A stretch of DNA of 64,000 nucleotides from Candidatus Omnitrophota bacterium. GTDB lineage: Bacteria; Omnitrophota; Gorgyraeia; Pluralincolimonadales; Pluralincolimonadaceae. Within the stretch, counting starts at the first letter, position 1. The number at the start of each line of letters is the position of its first letter. The translations under genes were made by a program, and so were the position numbers. Location of the stretch: assembly GCA_003141835.1 (NCBI GenBank), contig PLNR01000011.1:14049-78048 (forward strand), read 5' to 3'. This document shows, piece after piece, positions 60,031-64,000 of this stretch. The notes below the pieces were generated by a model. The model worked only from the letters and a program-made list of their open reading frames with translations, was not told the DNA's origin and made no database searches.

Positions 60031-61059
60031 TTAAATTCCCCTTATCTCCGCGCCGCGGAAAAACCTGTAACCGGCGAGTGCGCAGCGCAGTACCGGGTCC
60101 CCGGTATATATCCTGTCGTATTTTTTTTTCTTTATAATGATATTCCAAAACGTGCTCAATTTAAAGAGTTTTTTAGGAGAATCGTTCATAAAGTCGAGAT
60201 GGTCCGGCAGGAGGCTGAGGTCGGCGCCTTTTACGGCGAAGAGCCACACCCTGTTATGGCCGGCCAACTCCTTCTTTATTTCCTGCGTGACCTTTTCCAT
60301 GGGGGCGGCTTTTCTCTCCGTCACTATGAAGGCGACCCGCAATATCCTTCCCCATCTCTCCTCGAATATCCGCGCGCTCCTGTCAAAGGTCTCATCCTTA
60401 TTTTTGAGGAATTTCCCTGACCTTCCCTCGGAATGGTAAACGTAGCATCCCTTTGCCATCGCGCACTTGAATCCTGCGGCCTGCGCCCTACGGCTGTAAT
60501 CCGTATCCTCGAAATAGGCGTAACCGTATTTGTCGTCGAGAAATCCGATCCTTTCTACCACTTCGCGCTTTATGAGCATGCAGAAGCCCACACAGGCGTT
60601 CATTTCAACCCATTCACCTGAGTGTTTCCTGAACCCTTGCGCAAATTCTTGCAGTGTGGTCCCTTTCCCGAAACGCAGGCCGAAGTTATTGGAGGAAGGG
60701 TTGACGATACCCACAGACGGGTCGCTTTCAGCCGCCTTTATCATCTCTTCCAGCCAGCCTTCGGTCACGATTATATCGTTGTTAAGCAGGCATACGTACG
60801 GGGCGCGGGATAGCTCCATCCCTTTGTTCGTGCCCCGCGGGAAGCCCTCGTTGAGGCGGTTTAAGATGACTTCTACCCGGACATTCGGGCTGTCCTTAAG
60901 CGACGACAGGTATTCCCGAAGCCCTTCTTCGGTCGAGCCGTTGTCGACTATTATCAGGCGCGAAGGGACGGCGGTACAGCCCATCACCGACTCAACGCAG
61001 AGCTTCAGGAGGGAGAGGTTATTCCAGCTTAAAAGGACAAGGTCGCACTTTATTTCCAT
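60031..61059 (-). CDS. GT2 family glycosyltransferase
   Basis: IIVDNGS, N.GF...N.G, LLNNDI, GFCMLI, YFEDTDY. Confidence 0.85.
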   Translation of the reverse strand: MEIKCDLVLLSWNNLSLLKLCVESVMGCTAVPSRLIIVDNGSTEEGLREYLSSLKDSPNVRVEVILNRLNEGFPRGTNKGMELSRAPYVCLLNNDIIVTEGWLEEMIKAAESDPSVGIVNPSSNNFGLRFGKGTTLQEFAQGFRKHSGEWVEMNACVGFCMLIKREVVERIGFLDDKYGYAYFEDTDYSRRAQAAGFKCAMAKGCYVYHSEGRSGKFLKNKDETFDRSARIFEERWGRILRVAFIVTERKAAPMEKVTQEIKKELAGHNRVWLFAVKGADLSLLPDHLDFMNDSPKKLFKLSTFWNIIIKKKKYDRIYTGDPVLRCALAGYRFFRGAEIRGI

Positions 61060-61886
61060 CCGCACGCCTCCAGCATTTTCTTCAGGCTGGCTTGGTAGGT
61101 ATACCGACCGGTCGCAAGTGAACGTCCCTGTCCAGCTATTTTCACCCTCTCATCGTCATGCGAAAGGTAATATTCCGCCTTCCTCAATAATTCCCCGGCG
61201 CTTCCGTATGTCACGAGATCCTTCCCGTCTTTGAAGAGTTCGTTAAAACCTGTGTCGTTTTTCAACCGGTTCGTGATAAGCAGCGCCCCGCACGAAAGTA
61301 CTTCGAACATCCTCATGTTGATATCGTCATTTATCGAATAATTGAACCCTATCTTCGCGCTGCTGTAGATGTTAGACATGAAGCGCGAATCAGCCCTGCC
61401 GATATAGCTGTCATGGTATCTTCGCGCGAGGAGTTTAAGGAGCTCTCCCCTCGGGTTCTTTTTTCCTTCAGTCCCGACGAAAGCTATATCGAGCTTGCGC
61501 TCTATATTAAGGTCTTTATGCATCTCCGGGTCGCAGGCGATGTGGACCCACTTCGCGTCGATGCCGGTATCCCTCTTTAGTTTCTTCACCCCGCTCTTTT
61601 GGGCGCAAAAAACAAAACCGTAATGCCCGGCCTGATCTTTTATCTTCCTGTAAGGTTTTTCGAGATGCGTGTCTATCGCGTAAAAAGCGGAAGGTTTCAG
61701 GTGTTCCGGTATGTCATATTTATAGTCGCCGTGGTCGATGCGCAGGTAAAGGTCGTATCCGGCCGGGATATCGCCGTCGCTCGTCCAGAAATGGTCGAAT
61801 CCTATTCCCATCTGCGACGCGGCGCGCTCGAAATAATTGCCTATCGTGTCCTCCCTGTCTTTGTTAAAGATCAGAGCAAGTTTCAT
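61050..61886 (-). CDS. CgeB-like glycosyltransferase (GT-B fold)
   Basis: ACDP..H, DIAFVG, KIGFN, NMRMFE..CG..L.T. Confidence 0.78.
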   Translation of the reverse strand: MKLALIFNKDREDTIGNYFERAASQMGIGFDHFWTSDGDIPAGYDLYLRIDHGDYKYDIPEHLKPSAFYAIDTHLEKPYRKIKDQAGHYGFVFCAQKSGVKKLKRDTGIDAKWVHIACDPEMHKDLNIERKLDIAFVGTEGKKNPRGELLKLLARRYHDSYIGRADSRFMSNIYSSAKIGFNYSINDDINMRMFEVLSCGALLITNRLKNDTGFNELFKDGKDLVTYGSAGELLRKAEYYLSHDDERVKIAGQGRSLATGRYTYQASLKKMLEACGWK

Positions 61887-62968
61887 TTGGCCGCCAACGC
61901 CTCCGTAGCTGCCTTAAAGACGGCTTCAGGGCTTATCCAGGACAGGCATTTCCTCTCGGCGCACTCTTTCATCCTGAAATCCCTGTAACACGGGCGGCAT
62001 TCGATATCTTCTTTGACTGTCTTGTGCCTGCCGGCCGGCGGGTACTGCCCGTAAACTTTCTCATCGACAGGCCCGAATATGCCCACCGTCTTCGCGCCGG
62101 CCGCAACGGCAAGGTGCAACGGCCCGCCGTCATTGGCGATCACAAGGCCGCACAAGGACATCAGCGCGGCCGATTGTAAAAGCGTAGTCTTTCCGCAAGC
62201 CATCACCGCCGGGTTTTTCATTGCCTTCAATGTCTTTTCGCATATCCCTGCCTCAGCACCGCTGCCTAAAAGGACTATTTTCGTGCCCGTACTTTCGGTA
62301 AGGCGGTCGGCGACAACGGCAAAATCCCCGCTTTGCCAATGTTTTATCACGGCCTCTTTCCCCCAGCTCGCGCCTCCGGCCGGGGCGATCCCGATGACCA
62401 GTTCGCCCTCTTTGATCCCGTTCGTCCTGAGGAAATCGACCGCCCACCTCTTATCTTCCGGAGGAAGGTACAAGCTGATATTTTTTTGCACCGGCTCAAT
62501 GCCAATAAACCTTAAAAGCTCAAGATAATGCTCTATCACATGTTTACCGACATAGCCGCTGATCCCTATCTTCCTGGTCAGGTATGCTCCCCTGCCTTTA
62601 TAATTGAAGCCTATCCTTTCCTTTATCCCGGCCAGCAAGCAGAGGAGCCAATATTCCCTGGTCAGCGAAAGGTCGATGACCGCATCGAATTTTTTCTCCC
62701 TGACATCCCTCGCCAGGGAAAAAAGTCTTTTAAAATATTCGGCCTTAGATCCCTTCCAGAGGGCCCTAAGCTCGTCTTTTTCATAGGCGAAGACCCATTT
62801 TATCTTCGGATTAGCCCTGAGCAGCGTTTCTGTGCGGCGGTTGCAGAGGAAACCGATCCTGCAGCCTTCGATCCGCGCGCTCAGCGACTCAATGAGCGGC
62901 GTCGTAAAAAGCACATCGCCAATGCCGAAAGGATTGATGATAAGTATATTTTTTATATTTTTTTGCAT
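61883..62968 (-). CDS. GT9 LPS heptosyltransferase family protein (WaaF-like)
   Basis: GIGDVLF.TP, GKTTL, NDGGPLHLA.A, IFGP, C.PC....C...C. Confidence 0.88.
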   Translation of the reverse strand: MQKNIKNILIINPFGIGDVLFTTPLIESLSARIEGCRIGFLCNRRTETLLRANPKIKWVFAYEKDELRALWKGSKAEYFKRLFSLARDVREKKFDAVIDLSLTREYWLLCLLAGIKERIGFNYKGRGAYLTRKIGISGYVGKHVIEHYLELLRFIGIEPVQKNISLYLPPEDKRWAVDFLRTNGIKEGELVIGIAPAGGASWGKEAVIKHWQSGDFAVVADRLTESTGTKIVLLGSGAEAGICEKTLKAMKNPAVMACGKTTLLQSAALMSLCGLVIANDGGPLHLAVAAGAKTVGIFGPVDEKVYGQYPPAGRHKTVKEDIECRPCYRDFRMKECAERKCLSWISPEAVFKAATEALAAK

Positions 62969-63942
62969 AATTTCCCGCTGACCGCCTCAAACACATCGTC
63001 GACCGTGATATCCGCCACCTTAGGCCTTCCCACTACGACATGCCCCTCGCCATAAGGCCCCCATCTCTTCGATGACCCTCCCGGACGGGCCTCCCCGAAA
63101 AGTGCGGCTACAGGCGTACCGACGGCCGAGGCTATATGCGCCGGGGCCGAATCACAGGATACCAGGAGGAGCGACCTTTTTAGAAGCGCCCCGAACTCCT
63201 TGAGCGCCAGCTTCCCGGTAAGGTCTGGGATTGCGTTGCGCATCTTCGCTTTTACTTCACCGGCAACCGCGCACTCCTCTCTACCCCCTACCAGCACGAC
63301 TTTCATTCCGAGCCCTTCGATGATCTTATCACAGAGACGGGCAAAGCTTTCTGCCGGCCATGACTTTTCCGGATTACTCGTTCCGGGATGGACGGCAACG
63401 AAAGCGCCTCCGGCGAGCCCGTTCTGCGCCAGTATTTCCGCCGCGGCGCGTTCATCTTTTTCCCCTAAAGGAAAATAAAGTTTTTCGCTTAAGACCCCGG
63501 CGCCTGCCGCCTTTGCGAGGTCGAGGTTATATTCTACCTCATGTTTCTCGCAAAGATATTTTTTATCTTCAATCGCATCCGTAAGCAGGAAGCCGAACTT
63601 CCTGTCATAACCGACCCTCGCGGGTATACCGGCGAGGAAAGCGGCTACATTAAAGAATTTGCTTGGGTTAAAGATTATGATCATGTCAAATCCAGAACTC
63701 CCGAGGAAACGGATGAACCTAAAGCGCTTAGAGAGCGAATCCAGGTCCGGGCCGGGATCGAGCTTTACGATGGAATCTACTGAAGGGTTGCCTTCTACAA
63801 CGGCTGAAGAAGATGGTTTTACTATAAGCGTTATTTTCGCGCCGGGGAAACTCTCCCGCACCGAGGCGAAGGCCGGGGTCGTAAGCAACAATTCGCCTAT
63901 CCTGTCAGTCCTGATTAGAAGGATCCCGCGGGGTTTTAGCAA
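62953..63942 (-). CDS. GT9 LPS heptosyltransferase family protein
   Basis: IRTDRIGE, HEVEYNL, HPG...K.W, DSAPAHIA.AVG, WGP. Confidence 0.85.
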   Translation of the reverse strand: MLKPRGILLIRTDRIGELLLTTPAFASVRESFPGAKITLIVKPSSSAVVEGNPSVDSIVKLDPGPDLDSLSKRFRFIRFLGSSGFDMIIIFNPSKFFNVAAFLAGIPARVGYDRKFGFLLTDAIEDKKYLCEKHEVEYNLDLAKAAGAGVLSEKLYFPLGEKDERAAAEILAQNGLAGGAFVAVHPGTSNPEKSWPAESFARLCDKIIEGLGMKVVLVGGREECAVAGEVKAKMRNAIPDLTGKLALKEFGALLKRSLLLVSCDSAPAHIASAVGTPVAALFGEARPGGSSKRWGPYGEGHVVVGRPKVADITVDDVFEAVSGKLCKKI

Positions 63943-63949
63943 ATTGGGC

Positions 63950-64000
63950 CTACTCGGGCTGTACCCCTGCGGCCGCCAGTCCGCATAACGACCAGAAAAG
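63950..64000 (-). CDS. C-terminal fragment of an upstream gene, possibly O-antigen ligase family
   Basis: Minus strand LFWSLCGLAAAGVQPE*; an FW..xG hydrophobic end in an LPS gene context; only 16 codons visible. Confidence 0.35.
   Translation of the reverse strand, partial: LFWSLCGLAAAGVQPE

Overview
Bacterial chromosomal window, dense with housekeeping genes, with all but one gene on the minus strand. Gene content (DapL lysine route, NadX, tandem galT, TPR-ExbB-ExbD cluster, GT9/GmhB LPS genes) resembles a diderm PVC-like lineage such as Ca. Omnitrophota; that placement is inference only. Left to right: partial rsmE, a secreted MEMO1-AMMECR1 fusion, tRNA-Ala(CGC), a TPR/ExbB/ExbD/TonB-like cluster, uvrA, a small tandem-duplicated basic protein, a ~17 kb argCJBDFGH-lysA-dapF-(HEAT)-dapA-dapB-dapL-folK-panC-panD-nadA-nadX run, rplM-rpsI, truA-asd, a divergent SecY paralogue, leuBDC, thiG, nth, glgC, an Opp ABC transporter, secG-tpiA-pgk-gap, two galT genes and a CBS-domain unknown, fmt-def, priA, udg and LPS/glycosyltransferase genes. 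No CRISPR array, rRNA, transposase or prophage was seen. The two strongest candidates for something new are (1) a stand-alone SecY paralogue lacking the ribosome/SecA-binding loops and fused to a DUF2007-like tail, and (2) an ExbB/ExbD pair in which the proton-path residues are jointly replaced (ExbD Asp->Asn; ExbB Glu->Gln and Thr->Met). All calls come from visual motif recognition; no database searches were run.
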